In this document: piece by piece, positions 44,438 to 54,529 of the stretch
How positions within the stretch are numbered: the first letter of the stretch is position 1
Layout of the letters: the number at the start of each line of letters is the position of its first letter
Origin: an uncultured Clostridia bacterium
GTDB lineage: Bacteria > Bacillota > Clostridia > Christensenellales > Borkfalkiaceae
Assembly: GCA_947631465.1 (NCBI GenBank)
Contig: CANRLK010000003.1
Coordinates: forward strand, 701-64,700
Direction of reading: 5' to 3'
DNA: 64,000 nucleotides
The notes under the pieces: model-generated
The model's database searches: none
What the model was told of the DNA's origin: nothing
The model's input: the letters and a program-made list of their open reading frames with translations, nothing else
Made by a program: the position numbers and the translations under genes

Positions 44438-45303
44438 AGATGAATTTTGGAAAAGTTGCCTTCACCGTGACGTCTTTGAGCTGCGGACGGGTGATGGATA
44501 AGCTCGCAAAAGAGGGAATTGCGGTATTTTCCGTCCGAAAACGCGGAAAAAATACAATAAGTTTTTGCGTTGCCGCAAAAGACCGTGAAAAAGTTTTTGC
44601 AATTTTGCGCGGTTCATGCTATAATATCGATAAGGTGCGCGGGCGCGGGCTTAATTTGTTCTATGAAAAATGCAAAAACGCTATGGGGCTTTTGCTCGGC
44701 GCACTGCTCTTTTGCCTGATCGTCTTATATAGCGAGACGCGGGTCCTTAAAATCGACGTTGTCGGCAGCGGCGCGTATTTCGAGCCGCGCATTTTGGAGC
44801 TTTTGGAAGAGAGCGGGGTGAAGCGGTTCTCGCGCGTTCCCGCGGACTGTGCCGCGATCTCTTCGAGCATCCTCGCGCTCCCGCGGGTGAGCTATTGCTC
44901 GATCGGCGCAAAGGGCGGGGTCCTCACCGTGGAAGTAAGGGTGAGCGAAGAGTCGGAAACGGCGCTGAGCGGTCCGCTGCGTTCGCCCGCGACGGGAACG
45001 GTCGAGGAGATCTTCGTCCTTCGCGGCACGGCGGCAGTTAAGGTCGGCGACGAAGTGGAAGAGGGACAGGTCCTCGTCGAAAACTTTTCTCTGTTCGGGG
45101 AAGAAAAGCGGGAAGTGCTCGTCATTGCGCGGGTGACGGTCTCGTTCCCCGTCAGCGAGACGTTCGAGGGGAGCGAAGAACAGGCAAAACTTTCCGCATA
45201 TCTCAAATACGGAACGATCGAAGGGATCAAAACGGAGGCGGCGGAAGGGGGATTTCTCGTAACGGGGAAAGCCTATCAAAGGGCAGCCGTCAATTTAAGC
45301 TGA
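44434..45303 (+). CDS. yqfD: Sporulation protein YqfD
   Basis: It has a single TM segment (LLLGALLFCLIVLY) and the YqfD architecture. An ATGA overlap links it to yqfC. Confidence 0.85.
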   Translation: MKMNFGKVAFTVTSLSCGRVMDKLAKEGIAVFSVRKRGKNTISFCVAAKDREKVFAILRGSCYNIDKVRGRGLNLFYEKCKNAMGLLLGALLFCLIVLYSETRVLKIDVVGSGAYFEPRILELLEESGVKRFSRVPADCAAISSSILALPRVSYCSIGAKGGVLTVEVRVSEESETALSGPLRSPATGTVEEIFVLRGTAAVKVGDEVEEGQVLVENFSLFGEEKREVLVIARVTVSFPVSETFEGSEEQAKLSAYLKYGTIEGIKTEAAEGGFLVTGKAYQRAAVNLS

Positions 45304-45318
45304 AAAACGGAGGGAAAC

Positions 45319-46308
45319 ATGGTCAAAACGGTCGCGGCGGAGACGGGAAGCGCGGACAGCTTACAGCGCGTTCTCGGGATCTTCGACGAAAATCTCAGCG
45401 TCATCTCGCGCGAGCTGGCGCTCACCGCGCGGGTCGACGGCACGAAGATCGTCTTTGAGGGGGAAAACGCCGAGCTCGGCGCGGAGACCGTCAAGGGACT
45501 TCTGTCCATCGTCGAGGCGGGGGAGACGATCGACCGAGGAAATTTGCTCTACTGTATCGAACTTGCAAGAGAGGGCAGGGCGGAGGACGTGAAGGACATG
45601 CTGTCGAACGTCATCGCGGTCACTTCGCGCGGAAAGCCCGTCAAATGCAAGACGGTCGGGCAAAAGGACTATGTCAACGGCATCAAAAAGAATACGATCA
45701 CCTTCGGCGTCGGACCTGCGGGCACGGGAAAGACCTACCTTGCGGTCTGTCTCGCCGTGGCGGCCTATAAGAATAAGGAGACGGAGAAGATCATTTTGAC
45801 CCGTCCCGCGGTGGAGGCGGGCGAAAAGCTCGGGTTTCTTCCGGGGGACTTGCAGACCAAGGTCGATCCCTATCTCCGCCCCCTGTACGACGCTTTGCAG
45901 GAGATGTTCGGTTTGGAGACGTATGCAAAGCTCATGGAGAAGGGGGCGATCGAAGTCGCGCCGCTTGCGTATATGCGGGGCAGGACGCTTTCGAACGCGT
46001 TCGTCATCTTAGACGAGGCGCAGAACGCGACCCGCGAGCAAATGAAGATGTTTTTGACCCGTCTCGGCGACGGCAGCAAGATGGTCGTCACGGGCGATCT
46101 CACTCAGACCGATCTCCCCGACGGAAAGACGAGCGGGCTCAAACATGCCGTCACCGTTTTGAGAGGAGTCGAGGACATTGCGATCTGCACGCTCACCGAA
46201 AAGGACGTCGTGCGCCATCCGCTCGTCATGCGCATCGTGCGCGCGTATGAGCGGAGCGAACGCGAGGCAATGTCGAACGCCAGAAAAAGCAGAGGAGAAA
46301 GAAAATGA
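45319..46308 (+). CDS. phoH: PhoH-family ATPase
   Basis: It has Walker A GPAGTGKTYLA and the sequence ILDEAQN. Confidence 0.95.
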   Translation: MVKTVAAETGSADSLQRVLGIFDENLSVISRELALTARVDGTKIVFEGENAELGAETVKGLLSIVEAGETIDRGNLLYCIELAREGRAEDVKDMLSNVIAVTSRGKPVKCKTVGQKDYVNGIKKNTITFGVGPAGTGKTYLAVCLAVAAYKNKETEKIILTRPAVEAGEKLGFLPGDLQTKVDPYLRPLYDALQEMFGLETYAKLMEKGAIEVAPLAYMRGRTLSNAFVILDEAQNATREQMKMFLTRLGDGSKMVVTGDLTQTDLPDGKTSGLKHAVTVLRGVEDIAICTLTEKDVVRHPLVMRIVRAYERSEREAMSNARKSRGERK

Positions 46309-47852
46309 AATACAGCGAAGAAGTGAAGAATAAGCGGATGAAACTCTTGAAGAGTGCGCTCTATTTTGCTCTCTGTTATGTCATCTTTTTGATCTTTATC
46401 TGCTTCATGATCTTCATCAACGATCCGCACAGTTGGGTGGGGTATTTCAAAAACGACTACACCCGCTTTTTGTCGCTCTGCATTTGCGTGCTGCTACTCT
46501 TTGCGGTGGTCTATTTTTACTTCTATTTCGAGAGCCGAGACTTCCTCACGAGCCCCAAGAACATCTTTCTCATCTTTTCGCTCATGATGCTCTCGCTGCT
46601 CATCTGCTATCTTTTCGGCAGATTCATCAGCGTCTTTTCCCGCCCCATGGCGCTTTTGGCGCTGCTTGCGCTCTTTCTCTTCAACCGCAGACAGGCGATC
46701 CTGCTCAATTTTGTCTTTTCGCTTTTGATCTTCGTCACCGACACCTATACGGGGAATTTTACGGCGACGGACGGGGGCTTTGCGACCCTTCCCGCAATGG
46801 CGGACGTCGTGGGCGCGAGCGACGTGTATTTTTCGCTCATGCTCGGCTTTGTCAGCGGCACGTTTGCGGTCCTCACGGCGGGGAACACCAAGACGCGCGG
46901 CTCGCTGCTTCTGCTCGGGACGTTCTTATCCGTCCCGACCATTCTCATCATTTTGCTCTTGGAACTGCCCGTTTTGAGTTCGACGGGCAATTGGATCGCA
47001 TACAGCGCGTCCGCGGGCTTCGGCGTGATGGGGTGCTTTTTGTCGACGGCGCTCGCGCTCTGCTTCATGCCGCTCTTCGAGACGGTATTCGGACGGCTCA
47101 CCGTCTTTCGTTTGAGAGAGCTCACGAGCCCGAACATGCCGCTCATCCAGCAGCTTCGCACCGAAGCGCCCGGGACGTTCAACCATTCCCTGATCGTGGC
47201 GCAGCTTGCGGAGACCTGCGCGATCGCGATCGGCGAAAATGCCGAACTCGCCCGTGCGGCGGCGTATTATCACGACGTCGGGAAGTTGAAAGAGCCCGAC
47301 TGCTTCACCGAAAACCAGCAGGGATACAACTTGCACGACGAGCTCACGCCTGAGCTCTCCGCGGACATCATCCGTTCGCATGCCAAGGACGGCTATGAGC
47401 TCTTGATGAACGCGCGGCTTCCCAAGGAGATCGCGGACGTTGCGCTCGAACACCACGGGACGCTGCCCATCAAGTATTTCTATGACAAGGCGATGCGCCT
47501 TTCGGGCGGCGACTCGCGCATCGAGGACTATTCGTATTTAGGACCTACCCCGCGGAGCAAGATCTCTGCGATCATCATGATCGCGGACGCTTCCGAGGCG
47601 GCGGCGCGGAGCTTGAAAGACCGTTCGCCCGAGAACGTCGAGCGGGTCGTCCGCACCATCATCGAGGAGAGAATGGACCTCGACCAATTCTCCGACTGCG
47701 ACGTGACCATGCGCGATCTTTCGGTCATCAAGGGCAGTCTTGTGGACGCGCTTTCGGGCGTGCACCATCACAGGGTGAAATATCCGTCCATCCGCTTCAA
47801 CCGCGCGCGGCAGGCGGTCAAGGACGAGGAGGAGAGCCATGCCGAAAGCTGA
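46305..47852 (+). CDS. 7TM-HD (YqfF/PgpH-type) membrane phosphohydrolase, short N-terminus
   Basis: It has 7 TM segments and an HD domain (HSLIVAQL, YYHDVGK, EHHGT). Confidence 0.9.
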   Translation: MKYSEEVKNKRMKLLKSALYFALCYVIFLIFICFMIFINDPHSWVGYFKNDYTRFLSLCICVLLLFAVVYFYFYFESRDFLTSPKNIFLIFSLMMLSLLICYLFGRFISVFSRPMALLALLALFLFNRRQAILLNFVFSLLIFVTDTYTGNFTATDGGFATLPAMADVVGASDVYFSLMLGFVSGTFAVLTAGNTKTRGSLLLLGTFLSVPTILIILLLELPVLSSTGNWIAYSASAGFGVMGCFLSTALALCFMPLFETVFGRLTVFRLRELTSPNMPLIQQLRTEAPGTFNHSLIVAQLAETCAIAIGENAELARAAAYYHDVGKLKEPDCFTENQQGYNLHDELTPELSADIIRSHAKDGYELLMNARLPKEIADVALEHHGTLPIKYFYDKAMRLSGGDSRIEDYSYLGPTPRSKISAIIMIADASEAAARSLKDRSPENVERVVRTIIEERMDLDQFSDCDVTMRDLSVIKGSLVDALSGVHHHRVKYPSIRFNRARQAVKDEEESHAES

Positions 47853-48330
47853 GTTTTTCGCCGACTGCGAGGGGCTCTCGGAAGAGGAGACGGGGCGGCT
47901 TTGCGGCGCGCTGTCGGGCATTTGCGAGGCGGACGCCCCCCTTTTGTTCGAGCTCGTCTTTGTCGGGGGCGAGGAGATCCGCGCCCTCAATCAAGCGCAG
48001 CGCGGCGTCGATCAAGTGACGGACGTATTGAGTTTTCCCACCATGGACGGGATCTTCAATCAGCCGATCAAGGCAGCCGAGCACGGCGAAGAGATCGACG
48101 AAGAGGGCAGAATTTTGATCGGCAGTATCGTCATCAACAAGGAGCGCGCAAGGGAGCAGGCGGAACTTTTCGGGCACTCCTTTGAACGGGAGCTTTACTA
48201 TCTCGCCGTGCACGGGGTCTTGCACTGTTTGGGGTACGACCACGAGACGGACGCGGACAAGAAGGTCATGCGCGAAAAAGAGGAAGAGGTCATGGCAAAA
48301 CTGCACCTTTCAAGGGGGGAAGAGGCATGA
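47839..48330 (+). CDS. ybeY: rRNA maturation endoribonuclease YbeY
   Basis: The zinc motif HGVLHCLGYDHE is present. Confidence 0.95.
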   Translation: MPKAEFFADCEGLSEEETGRLCGALSGICEADAPLLFELVFVGGEEIRALNQAQRGVDQVTDVLSFPTMDGIFNQPIKAAEHGEEIDEEGRILIGSIVINKERAREQAELFGHSFERELYYLAVHGVLHCLGYDHETDADKKVMREKEEEVMAKLHLSRGEEA

Positions 48331-49217
48331 AGAGCGGAACGGTCGCCGTCATCGGCAAGGCGAACGCGGGCAAGAGCACCCTCGTCAACGTGCTTGTCGG
48401 GGAGAAGGTCGCCATCGTCTCGCCCAAGCCGCAGACGACGCGGGACAGGATCCTCGGGATCGTCAACAAAGAGGCGGGGCAGATCGTCTTTGCCGACACC
48501 CCGGGCATTTATCTGAGCCGCAACGAGCTCACGAGCCGCATGATGAAAACCACCGAGAACACGGGCAAAGAGGCGGACGCCATTTTATATGTTCTCGACG
48601 GGCACAACCCCTTGGACGAGAGCGATATAAAGCTCATCAAAAAATACCGTTCGATCGGGCTGCCCATGCTCATCGCCTATACCAAGATCGACATTTTGCC
48701 CGTCGAAAAGATCCCCGCGGACGTCAAGACGCTGTATGAGGCGGGGATCGACGCGGACGTCTGTCCCGTATCGGCGAGGAAGGGGAAGAATCTGAAAAAG
48801 CTCGAAGAGGCGATCTTCGACATGCTGCCCGAGGGCGAGCCGCTCTTTCCCGAGGACGTCGTGTCCGACAAGAGCGAAAAATTCATGATCGGCGAGATCA
48901 TGCGAGAAAAGATCCTCTTAAAATACGAAAAGGAGATCCCGCACGGGGCGGCGATCGTCGTCAACACGTTTGAAACGCAGGAGAATGGGGTCGTCAAGAT
49001 CGATCTCGACATTGTGTGCGAAAAGCGCAACCATAAGGCGATCCTGATCGGAAAACAGGGCGCGGCGCTCAAAGAGACCGCCTCGCTCGCAAGGCGGGAC
49101 ATGGAAAAATTCTTGGGAAAGAAGGTTTTTTTGACGGTCTATGTCAAAGTGCGCGAGGATTGGCGCGACCAAGGTCGGCTTCTGAGCGAACTCGGCTATT
49201 CCTTCGAGGGCGAATAA
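48327..49217 (+). CDS. era: GTPase Era
   Basis: It carries GKANAGKSTL, DTPG and TKID, and has a KH domain. Confidence 0.97.
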   Translation: MKSGTVAVIGKANAGKSTLVNVLVGEKVAIVSPKPQTTRDRILGIVNKEAGQIVFADTPGIYLSRNELTSRMMKTTENTGKEADAILYVLDGHNPLDESDIKLIKKYRSIGLPMLIAYTKIDILPVEKIPADVKTLYEAGIDADVCPVSARKGKNLKKLEEAIFDMLPEGEPLFPEDVVSDKSEKFMIGEIMREKILLKYEKEIPHGAAIVVNTFETQENGVVKIDLDIVCEKRNHKAILIGKQGAALKETASLARRDMEKFLGKKVFLTVYVKVREDWRDQGRLLSELGYSFEGE

Positions 49218-49288
49218 GGGAAGGAGCTCTCATAAAAAGCCCGCATAGAACGGGGCGGCTTCCTCATAATATAGAGTGAGGGGGGAAC

Positions 49289-49396
49289 ATGCGCGAGGAG
49301 ATCAAGGAGAAAAAGGCGAAAGAAATCGCTTGGGAGATGTTCGAAAAGACGGGAAACGTCACCTATTACATGTTATACAATAAGTTAAAGGATTGA
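49289..49396 (+). CDS. yqzL: YqzL-like small protein (35 aa; not in the ORF track)
   Basis: It translates as MREEIKEKKAKEIAWEMFEKTGNVTYYMLYNKLKD. It sits between era and recO, as in Bacillus. The SD GAGGGGGG is present. Confidence 0.7.
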   Translation: MREEIKEKKAKEIAWEMFEKTGNVTYYMLYNKLKD

Positions 49397-49397
49397 G

Positions 49398-50105
49398 ATG
49401 GAGATCAAGACGGACGCGCTCGTTTTGCGGTGCGCGGACAGCGGCGAAAACGACAAAATGGTGACCCTTCTTACAGCGGAGCTTGGCAAGGTCGGCGCGA
49501 TGATGAAGGGCGTGAAAAAGGTTGGGGCGAAACTGCGCGTTTTTGCCCAGCCTTTTTGTTTTGCCGAAGTCGTTCTCTTCGAAAAGGAAGGGCGGCGCAG
49601 GGTGATCTCCGCGTCCCTCCATGACGGGTTCTTTTCGCTCCTCGAAGATCTCGCCTCGTTCTATGGCGCGGCGGTCGTTGCAAGGGTGTGCGATACCCTC
49701 TCGTTCGAGGGCATGGAGAGCCGCCCGCTCCTCGTTTCCGCGGTCAAGGCATTGGAAGGGCTTTGCGCGGACAAAGAGCCGCTCTTTTCGCTCGTGCCGT
49801 TTTTTGTGGACGCGCTCGCCTTTGCGGGCTATCAAGTCTCGGCGGGGGCTTGCCCCTTCTGCGGGAAGGAACTGAAAGGGCGCATGCGCTTTGATTTGTC
49901 GTTTGGGGCGTTTGCCTGCCGAGATTGCGGGCAGGGCGTCGAAGCGAGCGAGACGACCTATCGGGCGGTGAAAGCGGCGGTCGCGGGGGAAAAGATCGGG
50001 GACAGAGACGGCGCGCTCCGCGCGTTTCGCCTGCTTTGCGCTTACTTTTTTGAAAAGACGGGCACGCAGCTTCGCGAAGCCGAGGAATTTCTCCGCGTCA
50101 TTTGA
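49398..50105 (+). CDS. recO: DNA repair protein RecO
   Basis: It has an OB-fold N-terminus and the Zn motif CPFCG...CRDCG. Confidence 0.92.
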   Translation: MEIKTDALVLRCADSGENDKMVTLLTAELGKVGAMMKGVKKVGAKLRVFAQPFCFAEVVLFEKEGRRRVISASLHDGFFSLLEDLASFYGAAVVARVCDTLSFEGMESRPLLVSAVKALEGLCADKEPLFSLVPFFVDALAFAGYQVSAGACPFCGKELKGRMRFDLSFGAFACRDCGQGVEASETTYRAVKAAVAGEKIGDRDGALRAFRLLCAYFFEKTGTQLREAEEFLRVI

Positions 50106-50284
50106 ACCGTTTTTCCAAATTTTGTGCATTCCCCGCAAAATTTCACACAGCTTCCGCACTTTTTCCGAAAAAAACACTTGCAAAATTTTTATCGATATGA
50201 TATGATAAATATATATCATAGTCTGCACCTTTATAAAGCCCAAAGAAAAGGTGCGGAAATAGACGATAACAGGAGGAAACAGCA

Positions 50285-52078
50285 ATGAAAGCGAAAAGAT
50301 TCTGGCTTGTTCTGCTTGCGATTCTTTCCGTGCTTTGCATGTCGCTTGCGATCGCAGGCTGCGGAGAAGAAGCGGAAGTTACGCCCAATCTCGACGATTT
50401 TACGAGACCCAAGCATGAGCATACCTTCTCCGAATGGGAGATCGTAACGCCCGTTCAACAGTGCAGCGAGGAAGACGGCCTGAGAAGACGTCGTTGCACC
50501 GACCCCGAGTGCACCACCGAGGGCGGTTTTGTCGAAGAGGAAGTGATTCCCGCGATCGGACACGACAAGGAGATCGTTAACAGAAAAGAGCCCACTTGCA
50601 TCGATGGCGGTTGGAACGAATATTGGAAATGCAAAAAGTGCGGCGCGTCCGACTATGAGGACCAGAAGATCGGTCCGCTCGGTCACGATTGGAGAACGAT
50701 CGAGGCGCAAGAGGCGACCTGCTATCAAGAGGGCTGGGAGGAGCACGAAGAGTGCTACCGTTGCCATAAGACGCAGGGCAACTTCACCATTCATCCCATC
50801 ACAGCTCATGATTATTCGATCGAGAGAGACGGTTTCCACTACTGCTCGATGTGCGGTCAGCCTCAACTCGACGAGACCCCGAACCTCACTTATCGTGTCG
50901 CGGAGGACGGAAAGTCTTACATCGTCACGGGTTATCAGAAGAAGGACGGAAAGATCCTCGACGAGACTGGCAAAGTCTATGAATATCAAGATGCCACGCT
51001 CGAAGCGGACGAGAATTGCAATCTCTATGTGGTAAACGGCGATCAAAGGGAGCAGATCGATTATCACAGGATGATGTCGCTCGTCATTCCCGACAAGCAT
51101 AAAGAAGGCAATTTGGAGCTTCCCGTCTCGGCGATCGATGGGGAAGCATTCAAGGAATGCAAATTCATCACCCGCGTTGTGACGGGCACCAATGTCACGA
51201 CGATCGGCAGAGAGGCGTTCACGCAGTGCAACAACCTCACCGAGATCACGCTCGGACCGAACACCACGACGATCGATTCGTCCGCATTCAGCTATTCGAA
51301 TGTGGAATCGATTAACTTCCCGAGAAAAGTCAACTCGATCGGGATGATGCCGTTTGCATACTGCCCGAGGTTTACGAAGATCACGGTCGATTCCAAGAAC
51401 AACACCTACATCTGCGAAGGCAACTGCGTCATCAGCAGAGCATCCGATACGATCGTCCTCGGCTGCGGCGGAAGCGTCATTCCCGAGAGTGCGAAATACA
51501 TCGGTACTTGGGCGTTCGGCATGTGCCCGAGCCTGAAAAAGATCGATACAAAGAACGTCGAGCAAATTTATCCTCAGGCATTCATGCTCGATTCGAATCT
51601 TGAAGAGGTCGTCATCTCCGACAAATGCGAATTTATCGACGCGAATGCATTCTACGGTTGTGCAAGTCTTTTCAATCTCGAACTCGGGGCCGGGCTTACG
51701 AGAATCGGCAACGCCGCATTTGCAAACTGCAAAAAGCTGAAAGTGGTCAAATACAACGGCACGCAAACGCAGTTCCTCGACGGAACGCATTTCATGCGCG
51801 GCGAGCACTGGGACTTCGACGACGGACTTGTCGATGAGGACGGCAATTACAATGAAGACGGGCAGGCGAAGTGGACGCGCCGTACCTATCTCGTCCAATT
51901 GAAAAACGCGCAGTACTTGATGGCGAGCGCAGACGGATACGAGTCTTGCACCAAGGAACAGGCGGAAGCGTTCCTGGCGCAGATCGAGAGCAAAGATCCC
52001 GAGCAGTCTGAGGATACGGGTTCTGAAAACGAAGGCGGCGGGGAACAAGGATCGGAAGATACGGGTTCCGAGGCATAA
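50285..52078 (+). CDS. Lipoprotein with Cys-rich GH..W/..TC..G..C..C repeats and BspA-type LRRs (597 aa)
   Basis: It has the lipobox LAIAGC. About 3 Cys-rich repeats follow, then LRR_5-like units (IGREAFTQCNNLTEITL, IGNAAFANCKKLKVV). The tail is acidic. Confidence 0.9.
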   Translation: MKAKRFWLVLLAILSVLCMSLAIAGCGEEAEVTPNLDDFTRPKHEHTFSEWEIVTPVQQCSEEDGLRRRRCTDPECTTEGGFVEEEVIPAIGHDKEIVNRKEPTCIDGGWNEYWKCKKCGASDYEDQKIGPLGHDWRTIEAQEATCYQEGWEEHEECYRCHKTQGNFTIHPITAHDYSIERDGFHYCSMCGQPQLDETPNLTYRVAEDGKSYIVTGYQKKDGKILDETGKVYEYQDATLEADENCNLYVVNGDQREQIDYHRMMSLVIPDKHKEGNLELPVSAIDGEAFKECKFITRVVTGTNVTTIGREAFTQCNNLTEITLGPNTTTIDSSAFSYSNVESINFPRKVNSIGMMPFAYCPRFTKITVDSKNNTYICEGNCVISRASDTIVLGCGGSVIPESAKYIGTWAFGMCPSLKKIDTKNVEQIYPQAFMLDSNLEEVVISDKCEFIDANAFYGCASLFNLELGAGLTRIGNAAFANCKKLKVVKYNGTQTQFLDGTHFMRGEHWDFDDGLVDEDGNYNEDGQAKWTRRTYLVQLKNAQYLMASADGYESCTKEQAEAFLAQIESKDPEQSEDTGSENEGGGEQGSEDTGSEA

Positions 52079-52110
52079 AAGATTGCCGCTGAAAGGATAG
52101 CGGTGGATTC

Positions 52111-52146
52111 GCCGCCGACGGCTGAGCCGTCGGCGGCGTTGTTTCA
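52111..52146 (+). terminator. Intrinsic terminator
   Basis: GCCGCCGACGGC-tga-GCCGTCGGCGGC is followed by GTTGTTTC. Confidence 0.85.
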
Positions 52147-52170
52147 AATATAAAAAACGGAGAGGAAAAG

Positions 52171-53289
52171 ATGGTTTTTGAAAAAGTAAAGAAAAATTTC
52201 GGGTTCGGCTGCATGCGGCTGCCGATGAAGGACGGCGAGGTGGACAAAGCGGAGTTCTGCCGCATGACGGACGCCTTTTTGGAAGCGGGGTTCAACTATT
52301 TTGACACGGCGCACGGGTATCTCGACGGCAAGAGCGAGAAAGCGATCCGAAAGTGCGTGACTTCCCGCTACCCGCGCGAGAGCTACACGCTCACGAACAA
52401 GCTCACGTCCATGTTCTTCCATACGCAAGAGGACATCCGTCCGCTCTTTTTCGATCAACTCAAAATTTGCGGCGTGGAGTATTTCGATTTCTATCTCATG
52501 CACGCGCAAAATTCTGTGTTCTTCGAAAAATACAAGTGCCAAAAGGCATACGAGACGGCGTTCCGTCTCAAAGAAGAGGGCTATATCGGACACGTCGGCA
52601 TTTCCTTCCACGACAAAGCGGAAGTGCTCGACAAGATCTTGACCGAATACCCCGAGATCGAGCTCGTCCAGATTCAATTCAACTACATCGACCTTGAAAA
52701 CCCGAGCGTCGAATCGCGGCTTTGCTATGAAGTATGCCGAAAGCACCAAAAGCCCATTGTCGTGATGGAGCCCGTCAAAGGCGGCATGCTCGTGGGGCTT
52801 CCCCCCGCCGCGGACAAGATCTTGAAGGATTTGGGCGGCGGCTCGAACGCGAGCTATGCGCTCCGTTTCGGCGCGGGCTTCGAAGGCGTGTTCATGACCC
52901 TCTCGGGCATGAGCAATTTGGCGCAAATGCAGGATAATTTGCAGACCATGTCCAATTTTACCCCGCTTTCAAGCGCGGAACGCGAAGCGATCGAGCAGGT
53001 GCGAAGGATACTTCTCAGCGGCGACGAGATCGCCTGCACGGGCTGCCGCTATTGCGTGAGCGGATGCCCCAAGCACATCCCGATCCCCGAGCTCTTCTCG
53101 TGCATGAACCAAAATAAACGGTATTTTGGTCGCGATTGGAACAGCACGGTCTATTATAATACCTATACCAAGACGCGCGGCAAGGCGGGGGATTGCGTTG
53201 AATGCGGCAAGTGCGAGTCGGTTTGCCCGCAGCATTTGCCCATCCGAAAGCTCCTCAAAGACGTCGCCGCCCACTTCGAGACCAAATAA
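52171..53289 (+). CDS. Aldo/keto reductase fused to a C-terminal 4Fe-4S ferredoxin domain
   Basis: The N-terminal region is AKR-like (GFGCMRLP, DTAHGY). The C-terminal region carries CTGCRYCVSGCP and CVECGKCESVCP. Confidence 0.88.
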   Translation: MVFEKVKKNFGFGCMRLPMKDGEVDKAEFCRMTDAFLEAGFNYFDTAHGYLDGKSEKAIRKCVTSRYPRESYTLTNKLTSMFFHTQEDIRPLFFDQLKICGVEYFDFYLMHAQNSVFFEKYKCQKAYETAFRLKEEGYIGHVGISFHDKAEVLDKILTEYPEIELVQIQFNYIDLENPSVESRLCYEVCRKHQKPIVVMEPVKGGMLVGLPPAADKILKDLGGGSNASYALRFGAGFEGVFMTLSGMSNLAQMQDNLQTMSNFTPLSSAEREAIEQVRRILLSGDEIACTGCRYCVSGCPKHIPIPELFSCMNQNKRYFGRDWNSTVYYNTYTKTRGKAGDCVECGKCESVCPQHLPIRKLLKDVAAHFETK

Positions 53290-53310
53290 TATTATTTAAA
53301 GGAGAACATT

Positions 53311-53898
53311 ATGGAAAAAACCATTCAAAAGACGATCGTCTGCAAGACTTGGAAAACCAAGACCGTGGCGGGATTGATCGCGCTGTGTGCCGCGGTCGCT
53401 CTGCCGCAGGTCTTTCACCTGTTGGGCATGGCGTTTCATGCGGGCTCGGCGCTCGGCGAGATGTTTTTGCCCATGCACCTTGCGATCTTTTTCGTCGGGT
53501 ATCTCGCGGGCGCGTTCGCAGGCGGGTTTGCGGGGGTATTCGCGCCGCTTGTCAGTTACCTTTTGACGGGACTTTGGGGCTCGCCCATGCCCGCCCTGCC
53601 CATGTTGCCGTACATGATGATCGAGCTGTGCGTCTACGGGCTCGTCACGGGACTGTTCGCGCAAAAGGCGAGCAAAGTGCCCGTCATTTTGAGCCTGCTC
53701 ATCGCCCAGATCGCGGGCAGAGCCGTCCGCGCGCTTGCGATCGTCATCGGTTTTTACGCCTTTTCGTCGGCAGTGCCCGTCTCGGCGATCTGGACGAGCA
53801 TTTCCGCGGGGATTGCGGGACTTGTTTTGCAATGGGTCTTGATCCCCTTGACGATGTTCCTCATCGGAAGAAAACAACGCCGTGACGAAAATGAATGA
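53311..53898 (+). CDS. ECF-transporter S-component-like membrane protein
   Basis: It is 195 aa with about 6 TM segments. The substrate is unknown. Confidence 0.55.
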   Translation: MEKTIQKTIVCKTWKTKTVAGLIALCAAVALPQVFHLLGMAFHAGSALGEMFLPMHLAIFFVGYLAGAFAGGFAGVFAPLVSYLLTGLWGSPMPALPMLPYMMIELCVYGLVTGLFAQKASKVPVILSLLIAQIAGRAVRALAIVIGFYAFSSAVPVSAIWTSISAGIAGLVLQWVLIPLTMFLIGRKQRRDENE

Positions 53899-54304
53899 CT
53901 TGGACCGCGCGAAAGCGCTTTTGAAGGCAGACCAAACGCGCACCTGCGCTTTTGTCTGCGGGAAGGAAGAACTGACGGATACCCGCCGCGGGGTCGCTCC
54001 GCTTCTCGATCTGATCGACTCGGGCAAGGATTTTTCCGCCTTTTCCGCTGCCGATAAGGTCGTCGGACGCGGCGCTGCGCTCCTGTACGCCTATCTCAAA
54101 ATCAAGTGCCTTTACGCGTCGGTTTTGAGCAAGAGCGCCCTCGAAGTTCTCAGTTATCACAAGATTTCTTGTGAATATGATACTTTGGCGGAGGGGATCA
54201 TGAATCGGGCGCATGACGGGCCTTGTCCGATGGAGCGGGCTACTGAGGGGGTGTTTGACCCCCGCGAGGCTTTGAAGTTGATACGACGGGCGCTCTTTTC
54301 ATAA
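53882..54304 (+). CDS. DUF1893 (TM1506-like) protein
   Basis: The pattern TCAFV...RGVAPLLDL...ADKVVGRGAALL...GPCPME was recognised from memory. Confidence 0.7.
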   Translation: MTKMNDLDRAKALLKADQTRTCAFVCGKEELTDTRRGVAPLLDLIDSGKDFSAFSAADKVVGRGAALLYAYLKIKCLYASVLSKSALEVLSYHKISCEYDTLAEGIMNRAHDGPCPMERATEGVFDPREALKLIRRALFS

Positions 54305-54529
54305 ACTTCGCAGGTGGTCGGTCTTATAGCCGTCGAAATACTGTGTCGCGTTGCGGCAACCCTCAGTCATTTACGTCTTTGTAAACTCCCTCGGGTTTTC
54401 CTCACGCTCCTTGTCTTTCTCGGCTCTAAAACGACCACCTTCGGGGAATTCTTCTTGATTGTATTCCCTTCAAGTTTTCCGCGCGCTCCTCGATCTGCTC
54501 GTTTCTGAAAAGAGTAACGGTTGCGAGCT

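Noticed and set aside
6751-52147. Other long antisense or overlapping ORFs: 6751-8646(-), 11410-12852(-), 20549-21019(-), 21838-22392(-), 24829-25665(+), 27360-28265(-), 28932-29705(-), 29698-30588(-), 32312-34168(-), 37709-38851(-), 40518-42104(-), 43196-44281(-), 47818-48306(-) and 50231-52147(-).
   Set aside because: Each lies opposite, or out of frame with, a gene whose product has unmistakable family motifs (lysS, rsmI, ABC, fba, trpS, rlmD, pyrC, pyrD/E, gap and others). They are Arg/Ala/Gly/Pro-rich GC3 shadows without SDs.
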